From contig JBFMAY010000004.1 of the NCBI GenBank assembly GCA_040755455.1, forward strand, positions 60,586-124,585: 64,000 nucleotides of DNA, read 5' to 3'. The translations under genes and the position numbers were made by a program. The DNA comes from Thermodesulfobacteriota bacterium. Its GTDB lineage: Bacteria > Desulfobacterota > Desulfobulbia > Desulfobulbales > SURF-16. Below are positions 50,930-59,173 of this stretch, piece by piece. The stretch's first letter is position 1, and every line of letters begins with the position of its first letter. The notes beneath the pieces are model-generated. The model had not been told where the DNA came from. It was given only the letters and a program-made list of their open reading frames with translations, and searched no databases.

Positions 50930-51964
50930 TTACCACTCCACGCCAAGCATCAGACAATTGATGCCGCTGCCGATACCCAGCAGGGCCGCCTTTTGCCCGG
51001 GTTGCAGAACCTGCTGCTCCAGGGCAACAGCCATGGTCAATGGCGCGGAGACTGATCCCACATTACCCCAAAATGGCAAGGTTGCAAAATTTTTTTCCAA
51101 ATCCAGCTGTAATGTATCAAACAGGAGCTGCGCATGGGCCCGGCCGACCTGATGGCAGAAGAAGTGATCGACAGCATCAGCAGTCCATGTCAACTCCGCC
51201 TGAAAATCGCCCCAGGTGAGAAAAGCGGTCTCAACCCCCCGTTTCATAAGCTCTTCCGAGTCCGTGGCCATCAGGATGCCCTCATTGCTGCTGTGGCCAC
51301 CCTGGCAGAGATTGTTGTGACTGCTGTTGGCCCGGATCGCTCCGCCGCAGAGGTGATGCCCCGTATCATGCTCCTCCCTGTCGCCCAGCACCATGGCAAC
51401 GGCGCCGGAACCAATGGTGAAGGAGGCGAAACTTGACTTCACCGATTTGCGGGTGACAGCCTGGTCGGTCAACAGATGCTGGATGGTCGTGTCAACGAGA
51501 TTCTCGGCGGTTTCCCCGGCTACGACCATTCCTTTCTTCACCTGCCCCAGTTCGATCATATTGGCCAGCATGGTCATGCCGTTCAGAAAGCCGAGACAGG
51601 CGTTTGACAGATCAAAGACCTGACATCTTGCCGGCAGGCCCAGCTGATGGTGGACAAAGGAGGCCGTGGCCGGTTCAAGCATATCGCGAGAGACGGAGGT
51701 AAATATAAGGCAGCCGATGTCGCCTGGATCAACCCCTGCCAGGGCCAGGGCCTTGCGGCCGGCAATGGCCGCGCCGTCGCTCGGCCTGGTGCCGCTGTCC
51801 CAGAAGCGCCGCTGCCGTATGCCGCTCATCAGTTCCAGACGGCCCTCGGGCAGCTTTAACCGCTGATAAAGCGGGGCAAGACGCTTCTCAAGCGCCTCTG
51901 AAGTAATCACATGGGGAGGCGCCTCGTAGGCGGGCGGATAAAGGCAGACTCGGCGATAACGCAT
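50930..51964 (-). CDS. oleA: OleA-like acyl-CoA:acyl-CoA alkyltransferase (thiolase/FabH fold)
   Basis: LEPATA Glu, FDLSNACLGF Cys, CHQVG His, GNVGSVS Asn, LLGIGSGINC; lies upstream of oleBCD. Confidence 0.87.
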   Translation of the reverse strand: MRYRRVCLYPPAYEAPPHVITSEALEKRLAPLYQRLKLPEGRLELMSGIRQRRFWDSGTRPSDGAAIAGRKALALAGVDPGDIGCLIFTSVSRDMLEPATASFVHHQLGLPARCQVFDLSNACLGFLNGMTMLANMIELGQVKKGMVVAGETAENLVDTTIQHLLTDQAVTRKSVKSSFASFTIGSGAVAMVLGDREEHDTGHHLCGGAIRANSSHNNLCQGGHSSNEGILMATDSEELMKRGVETAFLTWGDFQAELTWTADAVDHFFCHQVGRAHAQLLFDTLQLDLEKNFATLPFWGNVGSVSAPLTMAVALEQQVLQPGQKAALLGIGSGINCLMLGVEW

Positions 51965-51969
51965 GGCGA

Positions 51970-52773
51970 TCAACCAACGACCTTGGCGATTATATCCGCG
52001 TCAAAATAATTGATTCCCATCCCCGCATCAACCACCAGACACTGGGCCGTCATGCCTGAGGCGCGCTGCGACAGCAGAAAGACTGCGACATCTGCCGCCT
52101 CCCTGGTCTGCACGGCGGCTTTGCGCAGCGTTGCCGTCTCGGCGAAGAGATAACTGTCCACATAGCCGGGTATACCGGCTGAGGCAGAAGTCTTCAGCAG
52201 GCCCGGACAGACGGCGTTGAACCGCACCCGGGAAAAGGCGGAAAAACTTTTGGCCAGAAAAGCAAGGGACGATTCCAGGGCCGCCTTCACCGGCGCCATG
52301 TACCCGTAATTTTCCGCAGCCATCCTGGTTGTGGAGATCGAGATGGTGACAACCGAGGCGTCCCGGTCAAAATGTTCTTTGAAATGGTTGCAGAGTGCTA
52401 TCAGGGAAAAACACGAAATATCAACGGACTGGAGAAAATCTTTCTTCAGCGTCTCATGGAAGGGCCGCAACCCTTCCGAGTAATTGGCATAGGCAATGGA
52501 ATGAACAAGGCCTGCCAGTTTTTCCCCGCCCAGGTACGCTGCGATCTCATCCCGCACCCGGATGATGTTTTCCTCCTGTTCCACATCGCAGATAAATATC
52601 TTGGCTGCGGGAAACAGCTTTTCCGCGGCCTGGCGCCGCTCTTCGCTTCTGACAACATGGATGACCTCGGCGCCGTCCTCGACCAGCGCCGCGGCAATGG
52701 CGCAGGCCACCGACTTCCTGTTTGCCAGCCCGAAAACAACAAAAACCTTATCCTGTAAATTAAGAAAACTCAT
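51970..52773 (-). CDS. fabI: Enoyl-ACP reductase, FabI-like
   Basis: [25 protein letters not shown] (Y-x6-K) catalytic motif. Confidence 0.78.
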   Translation of the reverse strand: MSFLNLQDKVFVVFGLANRKSVACAIAAALVEDGAEVIHVVRSEERRQAAEKLFPAAKIFICDVEQEENIIRVRDEIAAYLGGEKLAGLVHSIAYANYSEGLRPFHETLKKDFLQSVDISCFSLIALCNHFKEHFDRDASVVTISISTTRMAAENYGYMAPVKAALESSLAFLAKSFSAFSRVRFNAVCPGLLKTSASAGIPGYVDSYLFAETATLRKAAVQTREAADVAVFLLSQRASGMTAQCLVVDAGMGINYFDADIIAKVVG

Positions 52774-52836
52774 GATTCACGTTCCGGGTTGCATACCATT
52801 TCCACTTTTTATGGCCGCGGCACCTTGGCAAGTCAG

Positions 52837-53322
52837 TCATTCGGATTTGCCAACTCCTGGTCCTGGTTCATGAGGTTTTGACAAGGCACAGGCAAAATCA
52901 ACTTTGACTGCCGTTTTGTCATGCACCAAAACCCTGCCCTGTAAAAACCAGGCAACGCCGATCTGCTCCTTCAACTTGACTTCAAGGGTGATGGTTTCAC
53001 CAGGTTTGACCTCCCGCTTGAATTTGGCGCCGTTAATCCTGGTCAGCACAGGCACGCCCTGGCCCGACGATGGGTTTTCCCCGTTATCCTGTCTGAGCAG
53101 CTCAGCAATCAGCAGGGCGCCGGCCTGGAAAACAGCCTCACAAAGAATAACACCTGGCAGAATCGGGTAGTAGGGATAATGGCCCTGAAAAATATCCAGG
53201 TCAGCAGGAATTTTTTTTTCAGCGATCAGGGTGCCGCCGTCACAACTCACCACCTGATCCACCCAGAGGAAGGGAGGACGGTGGGGAATCCGTGCATATA
53301 TGAAATCCTTAGAGTCCGCCAT
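52837..53322 (-). CDS. fabZ: 3-hydroxyacyl-ACP dehydratase, FabZ-like
   Basis: IPHRPPFLWVD, FQGHYP..PILPGVILCE (His/Glu dyad), AKFKREVKPG; ATG 53322 overlaps the fabG end. Confidence 0.85.
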   Translation of the reverse strand: MADSKDFIYARIPHRPPFLWVDQVVSCDGGTLIAEKKIPADLDIFQGHYPYYPILPGVILCEAVFQAGALLIAELLRQDNGENPSSGQGVPVLTRINGAKFKREVKPGETITLEVKLKEQIGVAWFLQGRVLVHDKTAVKVDFACALSKPHEPGPGVGKSE

Positions 53323-54049
53323 TGACATCAAGCACGGCGCCGTTGATATAAGACGCCTTTGGCCCCGCAAGAAAAAGAACCGCGTCAGCCACCTCATCCG
53401 GTGTGCCGAAACGGCGCATGGGCACCATGTTTTTGTATTCAGCAAGCTGTTCAGGGCTGAGATCATCGATAAGCTCGGTGGCGATAAAGCCCGGAGACAC
53501 GCAATTTACCGTGATCTTTCTTTTGGCTGTTTCCTTGGAAAGCGATTTCATCATCCCTATCTGGCCGGCCTTGGAGGCGGCATAGTTGGCCTGCCCGGCA
53601 AAACCCATATGGGCCATGGGGGAAGTGATAAAAATAATACGCCCGTATTTCTGCTTCATCATCAGCTGGACCGCAAATTTCGCCATGATGTAGGAGCCGG
53701 TAAGATTGACATCAATGACCCGCCGCCAGTCATCCTCTTTCATCATGGCCAGTACGGAGTCGCGGCGGATCCCGGCATTATTGACCAGAATATCGATGGT
53801 GTCAAACTCCTGCTCGATGCGGCCATAAAGCTGTTCAACAGCCTGGTAGTCGCTCACATCACATTGATAGAGCTGCAGGAGACCGCCGTAGGCCATGCAT
53901 TCCTGCCGAAAATTCTCAGCGGTTTTGGCATTGCCGCCATAAACCCCCACAACAGTTGCCCCTGCCTGCAGAAAGGCAAGGGAGATGGCCCGGCCCAAGC
54001 CGCGGGTCGCCCCGGTCACAATAACTTTCTGTCCCGTGAATTCAGCCAT
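53309..54049 (-). CDS. fabG: 3-oxoacyl-ACP reductase, FabG-like
   Basis: TGATRGLG, NNAGIRRD, GQANYAASK, PGFIAT. Confidence 0.88.
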   Translation of the reverse strand: MAEFTGQKVIVTGATRGLGRAISLAFLQAGATVVGVYGGNAKTAENFRQECMAYGGLLQLYQCDVSDYQAVEQLYGRIEQEFDTIDILVNNAGIRRDSVLAMMKEDDWRRVIDVNLTGSYIMAKFAVQLMMKQKYGRIIFITSPMAHMGFAGQANYAASKAGQIGMMKSLSKETAKRKITVNCVSPGFIATELIDDLSPEQLAEYKNMVPMRRFGTPDEVADAVLFLAGPKASYINGAVLDVNGGL

Positions 54050-54051
54050 GA

Positions 54052-55458
54052 TCAACTTCTCAAAAAGGCATCAGCATCATTTGCCACAATCACGCCATAA
54101 TTGATGGCCCCCAACCAGCCGGACATGATAATCCCCACCGACCCCACATGAAAGAGGCCGGGAACAACCTTGAAAATCTTGCGGGAGATATGCAGCCCCG
54201 GGAATTTTGTCCCGAAGGAGGTTCCCTTGGTGTGCAGGGTATAACGGTTAAAGGTCCTGGGCGTGGCGGCTTCGAGCCAGTCGATCTTGCCGCGGATATC
54301 CGGGATGTAGCGCTCAAGATCATCAAGCGAACGCTCGATCATCTCCTGCTTGGCCGCCTTATATTCGGCATCGGCCAGATCCGCCCAGTCATCATAATTG
54401 CCGTTCATGGAGGCAACAACCGTATAGTCGGGATTTGCCGGACGGGTCCGGGGATAATAGATGGAAAAGGTCCTGCTCTTTGTTCTCATATCACGGAGCT
54501 CAAGGGAATCAAATTCCGGCGCCGTTGAGGTGAAGAGAAGATCTCCGACATCAGGGAAAGACTCGCCCGATTTAATGCCGATATAGACCTGACAGCTGGA
54601 ATTATTGATCTTAACCTTGTCAAATTCTGCCAGAAAATCTTCGGGAAAGGCCTCGCGGCCAGCCAGACAGTCAACGGTGTTGGTAATACCGCTGTTGGAA
54701 ATGACGCAGGGGGCGCTGATCACCCTGCCGTCCACCATAACACCTTTCACCCTGCCCTTTTCAATGACAATGCGCTCCACCTTTGACCGGGTGCAGATGG
54801 TAACCCCATTTGCCTCCAGCTCATCACGCATCATGCCTATCAGATGGTCCGTCCCGCCCTGAAATGTGAAAACACCTTTATCCATGAAATTGGAAAAGAC
54901 GATGCCATAGGTGATGGCCGGATCATCGAGCGTTGAGCCGTTGGCGTAGCTAATCGGCTCCATGAGCAGCCGGTGCACATCGGTGCGGCCCGGAAAAAAC
55001 TTCTCAAAAAGCTCCCTGGTGCTCATCTTCAGGTCATCATAGAAGTTCATTTTGCGCACCGTGGTGAAAAAATCGTCGATCACCGGGCCGGGAATACCGA
55101 ATTTATTCCGCAGGATATCGGTAAAATCCTTCCGGTCAAAGGTCGTTGTCAAAGAGAACTGGGGATTATCAAAAACGATATGCTTGAGCTGGACGATGGA
55201 GTTTTTGATTGCCTCATTCCAGTATTTCCGGCATGTTTTTACCATGCCGTAGGGGAATCCATGGAGAGAGACATCAAAGATATGGTTTTTACGCTTAAAC
55301 CAGGTGGCAAGCCCGCCAAGCCGGTGGTGATGCTCAAGCAGCAACACCTGATGCCCTGCCCGCGCCAGACGGTTGGAGACCGTCAGTCCGCCCAGACCTG
55401 AACCGACGACAATGACGTCGTAACTGTCTTTTGCCTTTTCGATTGACTGATAAACCAT
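54052..55458 (-). CDS. FAD-dependent oxidoreductase, phytoene desaturase (CrtI)/retinol saturase superfamily
   Basis: VVGSGLGGL, LEHHHRLGG, FDVSLH, GGT, ATPRTFNRYT; no crtB/crtE in the window. Confidence 0.8.
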   Translation of the reverse strand: MVYQSIEKAKDSYDVIVVGSGLGGLTVSNRLARAGHQVLLLEHHHRLGGLATWFKRKNHIFDVSLHGFPYGMVKTCRKYWNEAIKNSIVQLKHIVFDNPQFSLTTTFDRKDFTDILRNKFGIPGPVIDDFFTTVRKMNFYDDLKMSTRELFEKFFPGRTDVHRLLMEPISYANGSTLDDPAITYGIVFSNFMDKGVFTFQGGTDHLIGMMRDELEANGVTICTRSKVERIVIEKGRVKGVMVDGRVISAPCVISNSGITNTVDCLAGREAFPEDFLAEFDKVKINNSSCQVYIGIKSGESFPDVGDLLFTSTAPEFDSLELRDMRTKSRTFSIYYPRTRPANPDYTVVASMNGNYDDWADLADAEYKAAKQEMIERSLDDLERYIPDIRGKIDWLEAATPRTFNRYTLHTKGTSFGTKFPGLHISRKIFKVVPGLFHVGSVGIIMSGWLGAINYGVIVANDADAFLRS

Positions 55459-55721
55459 TTGCTATAGATGGGGTTGAGCCATTTGATAGTTGACCAAAAG
55501 CCGGGAGTTTGCCGCGCTTATCGAACCGATATCCGCAACAGGCCGTGTCCGTTCACCATATGCAATATCATGAAGTCACAGAAAGTTGCAACAGGCGAAT
55601 GCTGCGGGACATCGAGACAAACAGCACAAGCAAAAAGGGATCAGCAGGCTGCACCCGGGAAATAAGGGGGGCCAAGCCACCTGACCCGGAGGTGGCAGGG
55701 ACCTTCCCAAACCGCCAAATA

Positions 55722-57107
55722 TCAATTGTCAGTTAAAATATGTTGATTGACTATGGTCACGCCACTGAGCATGGAACCGACAATGCCCAGAAAACCCTGA
55801 TCCGTCCCGGCTATGAAAACATTGCGGCAGGGGGTTCTGCCGTCCTTTATTTTCACCGGACTGCCGTAGACGGCCCCGCGTGCTTTGGCCGTATACCTTT
55901 CAATGGTAACCGGCGTGAAACTGTCCTCATATACAATGTTTTGCTGATAATTCCCAATGATTTTAGCGGTAATATCCCTTGATTTAGCCCCCCACTCCAA
56001 CTTCATTGCCGCATAGTCAAGGGAAGATGCCTTTTTCCACAGCTCATAATTTGCCGCATGGGTAATACGGATCTGAAAATAATCGGATGGCGGCATCCCG
56101 TGGAAATTTTCAGGAAAACATATCACGCCCCAGCTGGTATCAACCGGTATTGCCGGCTGACGGTATTGCAAATGATCAGCCAGGCAGTAAAAGATAATGG
56201 TATGGTCGCTTGCCACCTCTTTTTTTGCCTGCCGGGGCAGAATATAAATCGATTCGACAAAACTCATTCTGCCCGCATATTTCTCTTCCTGCCGGGGCAG
56301 GGAGAGCATGGCAAAGGTGCCGGGAACTCCGACGGTTGAAACAACGGCGTCGCAGGTGATGGTTTCCCCGCTGGCAAGTTTTACGTGGCTGGCCTGCTGA
56401 TCGGTCATGGCAATTGATTCCACCTGAGTGTTATAGCGTATTGCTCCGCCATATGAGGTGAATTGATCAACCAGCAGGGCCAGGAAGTCTTTCATGGTGC
56501 CGTGCGGGCGGAAGAAACCCTCCTGATAAATGGAGCGAAACATGATGACGAACTGGGAAAAATCCATGTCGTGCTCCTCACTGTTGCCGTAAACCATGAG
56601 CGGCAGAAGGATCATGTCGGTCAACCGAGAATCATGCAGAAACCGGGCAAGCATCGCGCGGGTGGAAATCCATTTGTTCGGAGTAAAGGGGTCGTAACCG
56701 TTAACCGTGGCAAGCAGACTGTTGAAACCATCTATTTCCCTGGGAAACCGGGAGGCTATCTCCTCCTGCAGCAGGGAAAAATCATTGGAAAAACGGAGCG
56801 TGTCACCCCCGGGAAAATAGATCAGGGAAGAGTATTGCTCATGGGTGATGAAGTCATGACGGGAAAGTTTGAGCTGCCTGAAGAGACGATTTAACGGCGC
56901 ACGTTTGTTCCCGGGGTCTGCAAAATTTGTCATGGCGTGCAGACCGGTTTCAAGCAGGAAGCCCTTGCGGAAATAATAGGAGTTCAAGCCGCCGGGAATG
57001 GCGTGCTTTTCAAGAATCAGAACTGAACCGCCGAAACGGGCGTAACGAATTCCGGCGGCTAAACCGGAGAGGCCGCCACCGATGATGATGAGAGAATAAT
57101 CAGCCAC
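55722..57107 (-). CDS. Second FAD-dependent oxidoreductase, CrtI-like superfamily
   Basis: IIGGGLSGL, LEKHAIPGG, LETGLH, FTPVTIERYT...GAVYG; GTG start. Confidence 0.8.
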   Translation of the reverse strand: MADYSLIIIGGGLSGLAAGIRYARFGGSVLILEKHAIPGGLNSYYFRKGFLLETGLHAMTNFADPGNKRAPLNRLFRQLKLSRHDFITHEQYSSLIYFPGGDTLRFSNDFSLLQEEIASRFPREIDGFNSLLATVNGYDPFTPNKWISTRAMLARFLHDSRLTDMILLPLMVYGNSEEHDMDFSQFVIMFRSIYQEGFFRPHGTMKDFLALLVDQFTSYGGAIRYNTQVESIAMTDQQASHVKLASGETITCDAVVSTVGVPGTFAMLSLPRQEEKYAGRMSFVESIYILPRQAKKEVASDHTIIFYCLADHLQYRQPAIPVDTSWGVICFPENFHGMPPSDYFQIRITHAANYELWKKASSLDYAAMKLEWGAKSRDITAKIIGNYQQNIVYEDSFTPVTIERYTAKARGAVYGSPVKIKDGRTPCRNVFIAGTDQGFLGIVGSMLSGVTIVNQHILTDN

Positions 57108-57219
57108 CGGCTGTTTTACACGTCGTTAATTTCTGGCGGTCTGAAGAAGACCTCTTGACCGCCATCCAGCGCCAACCAAACAACTCATGACCAGACCTCG
57201 CGACCTTGGCAGCAGACTT

Positions 57220-57471
57220 TTACAAAGCCTTTAATTTGGGTTCCAGGTAATTGATGCAGCTGGTTAACGTGGCCAGTTCAGGATAATCCGCTTCAGGAAT
57301 CTGGAGCTTGTACCGTTTCCGCAACTCCATAACAATATCGAGAAAATCCATGGAGTCCAGGTCTAGCTGATCGCGCAGAGGTTCATCCGGATTAAGGCCA
57401 TCCATATCCGCATCTTCATCGATATCTGCGATTATTTCTAAAATGACGTCTTTTATTTCACCACGTGTCAT
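57220..57471 (-). CDS. Acyl carrier protein
   Basis: 83 aa, acidic, LDLDSMDFLDIV phosphopantetheine-Ser motif; GGAG SD before ATG 57471. Confidence 0.9.
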   Translation of the reverse strand: MTRGEIKDVILEIIADIDEDADMDGLNPDEPLRDQLDLDSMDFLDIVMELRKRYKLQIPEADYPELATLTSCINYLEPKLKAL

Positions 57472-57526
57472 GTTTACTCCATATTCACTAAATGGCATGC
57501 CGAGAGCAGCACCCATATCCTTTTGG

Positions 57527-58783
57527 TCAAATTTTCTCTTCCACAAATTTTCTGACAATCACGGCGGAATTAACTCCGACCATGCCGAATGAGTTATTCA
57601 AAATTGTGCTTATATTGTCAAGCTGTTTTGGCGAATGAGCGACGATATTAGGCAACGCGCAGTCCACATCGAGATTATCGAGATTAATCGTCGGATGAAC
57701 AAGACCATCTGCGAAGGACGGCAGATTTCCGGCCAGCTCCAGAACACCGGCGGCGCCCATGGCATGACCTATCACGCTCTTTGTGTTGTTGATATAGGTT
57801 GAGTCGCTCGCGGCAAAAACCTCCCTTATTGCCCGGCACTCCTCCACATCACCCTGCCTGGTGCCGGTGGCATGGGTGTTAATGATATCAATATCCCCAG
57901 GGGCAAGCCCGGCCCGCTTCAAGGCAAGCAGCATGCATTCGGCCTGGCGCGGACCATAGGGAAGGACAAAATCACGGGCGTCGGAGTTCATGGCATAGCC
58001 GGCAATTTCACCATAGATCCTTGCGCCGCGGTCAAGGGCGCGGTCAAGCCGCTCCAGCACATAAACGCAGCCCCCTTCGGAAATGACAATACCGTTTCTA
58101 TCGCGGTCAAATGGCCGTGAAGCCTTTCTGGCGTCCTCATGCTCGGCTAATGCCCCCTGGGCCTTAAAACTGGCAAAGATTCCGAACGAACCGGTGCATT
58201 CGGAAATACCGCCGCAGAGTGCCATATCCACTTCCCCGAGCCGGATCATCTGCGCTCCCTGAATGAGCGCGGCGTTGCCGGCCGCACAGGCCGCCCCCAC
58301 CGAATAGTGGGGACCGGTGATGCCAAGGTTCATGGTAATTTCACCGGCCGGGTTATTTAAGACTGTGCGCGGATTATGATGGTGGGTCCAGTAAGCAACG
58401 TTATAATTAAACTTGCTGATATTATAGACTTCATTTTCCGTCTCAACGGTGCCATGTTCGGTTAGACCGATATAGACACCTGTGTTTTCTCTGTCATATT
58501 GGCTGAAATCAATGCCCGCATCGAGCAGGGCCTCATTGGCGCAATAGACCCCGATGCAGCCGGCCCGGGTTCCCCGCTTATTTTCCTTTTTTTTGCGGTA
58601 CCTTGTCTCGTCAAATGAGCATATGCCGGCGTGCACCTTCCCCACATAGCGCAAATCAATGGTCTGTATCTCGCTGATGCCGGCCAACAGCTTTCGGCGG
58701 AAATCCGCAAGGCTGCTGGCATTCGGCGCAGCAAGGCCGACACCGGTAATGACAATTCGTTGTTTTTCTGAAAAGTTTTTCAT
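57527..58783 (-). CDS. fabF: Beta-ketoacyl-ACP synthase (FabF/FabB-type)
   Basis: RIVITGVG; Cys-His-His triad in AACAAG, NTHATGT and GHAMGAAG; SRPFDRDRNG, NSFG. Confidence 0.85.
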   Translation of the reverse strand: MKNFSEKQRIVITGVGLAAPNASSLADFRRKLLAGISEIQTIDLRYVGKVHAGICSFDETRYRKKKENKRGTRAGCIGVYCANEALLDAGIDFSQYDRENTGVYIGLTEHGTVETENEVYNISKFNYNVAYWTHHHNPRTVLNNPAGEITMNLGITGPHYSVGAACAAGNAALIQGAQMIRLGEVDMALCGGISECTGSFGIFASFKAQGALAEHEDARKASRPFDRDRNGIVISEGGCVYVLERLDRALDRGARIYGEIAGYAMNSDARDFVLPYGPRQAECMLLALKRAGLAPGDIDIINTHATGTRQGDVEECRAIREVFAASDSTYINNTKSVIGHAMGAAGVLELAGNLPSFADGLVHPTINLDNLDVDCALPNIVAHSPKQLDNISTILNNSFGMVGVNSAVIVRKFVEEKI

Positions 58784-58817
58784 ATGAATGCAATTAATCT
58801 AAAAATAAGAACTTTTT

Positions 58818-58846
58818 AATATAGCTGATTTCTCAGACTGTGTCGA
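58818..58846 (-). promoter_or_regulatory. Putative sigma70 promoter of the fabF-ole cluster
   Basis: Minus strand TCGACA-17 nt-TATATT, 34 nt before the fabF ATG. Confidence 0.5.
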
Positions 58847-58870
58847 CCAAGAAAATAAAGGAAAGCATAA

Positions 58871-59086
58871 ATGACGGACAAACTTGACAAGGAAACAGCG
58901 GAACTGCTGCGAAAAAGGAAAAGTCGAAGTGAAATCCGGGAAATGTTCAGAAACGACAAAGAGCTGCTCGATGATCTTTTTTCACTCAATACCAAATCTC
59001 TGCTGCGGAACAAAAAAACAGGTTATCATAACCTGTTTTTTTGTCCTCTCCTGCCTGTCGCTGCTGGAGCAGGAAAAACATCATGA
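58871..59086 (+). CDS. Small charged hypothetical protein, divergent from fabF
   Basis: ATG after a purine-rich AAAGGAAAG; helical-looking charged N-terminal half; 3' part runs through a terminator-like palindrome. Confidence 0.35.
   Translation: MTDKLDKETAELLRKRKSRSEIREMFRNDKELLDDLFSLNTKSLLRNKKTGYHNLFFCPLLPVAAGAGKTS
59010..59044. terminator. Perfect 17-bp inverted repeat; probable bidirectional terminator
   Basis: ACAAAAAAACAGGTTAT-C-ATAACCTGTTTTTTTGT. Confidence 0.65.
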
Positions 59087-59173
59087 ACAGGAAACTCTTT
59101 ATCCCGGGCCGGAGATCGAACCTCCCGCTAATCTTTGCAGACAGATGTTTCGGGAAAAAAACCAGCTCTGGAT

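Noticed and set aside
54052..57107. Carotenoid biosynthesis
   Set aside because: No phytoene synthase, GGPP synthase or cyclase nearby; the context is ACP/FAS/Ole.
51970..58783. Aryl polyene, aromatic type II PKS or true ladderane cluster
   Set aside because: Only one ketosynthase and no chain-length factor, cyclase, aryl-loading enzyme, radical SAM protein or methyltransferase in the cluster.
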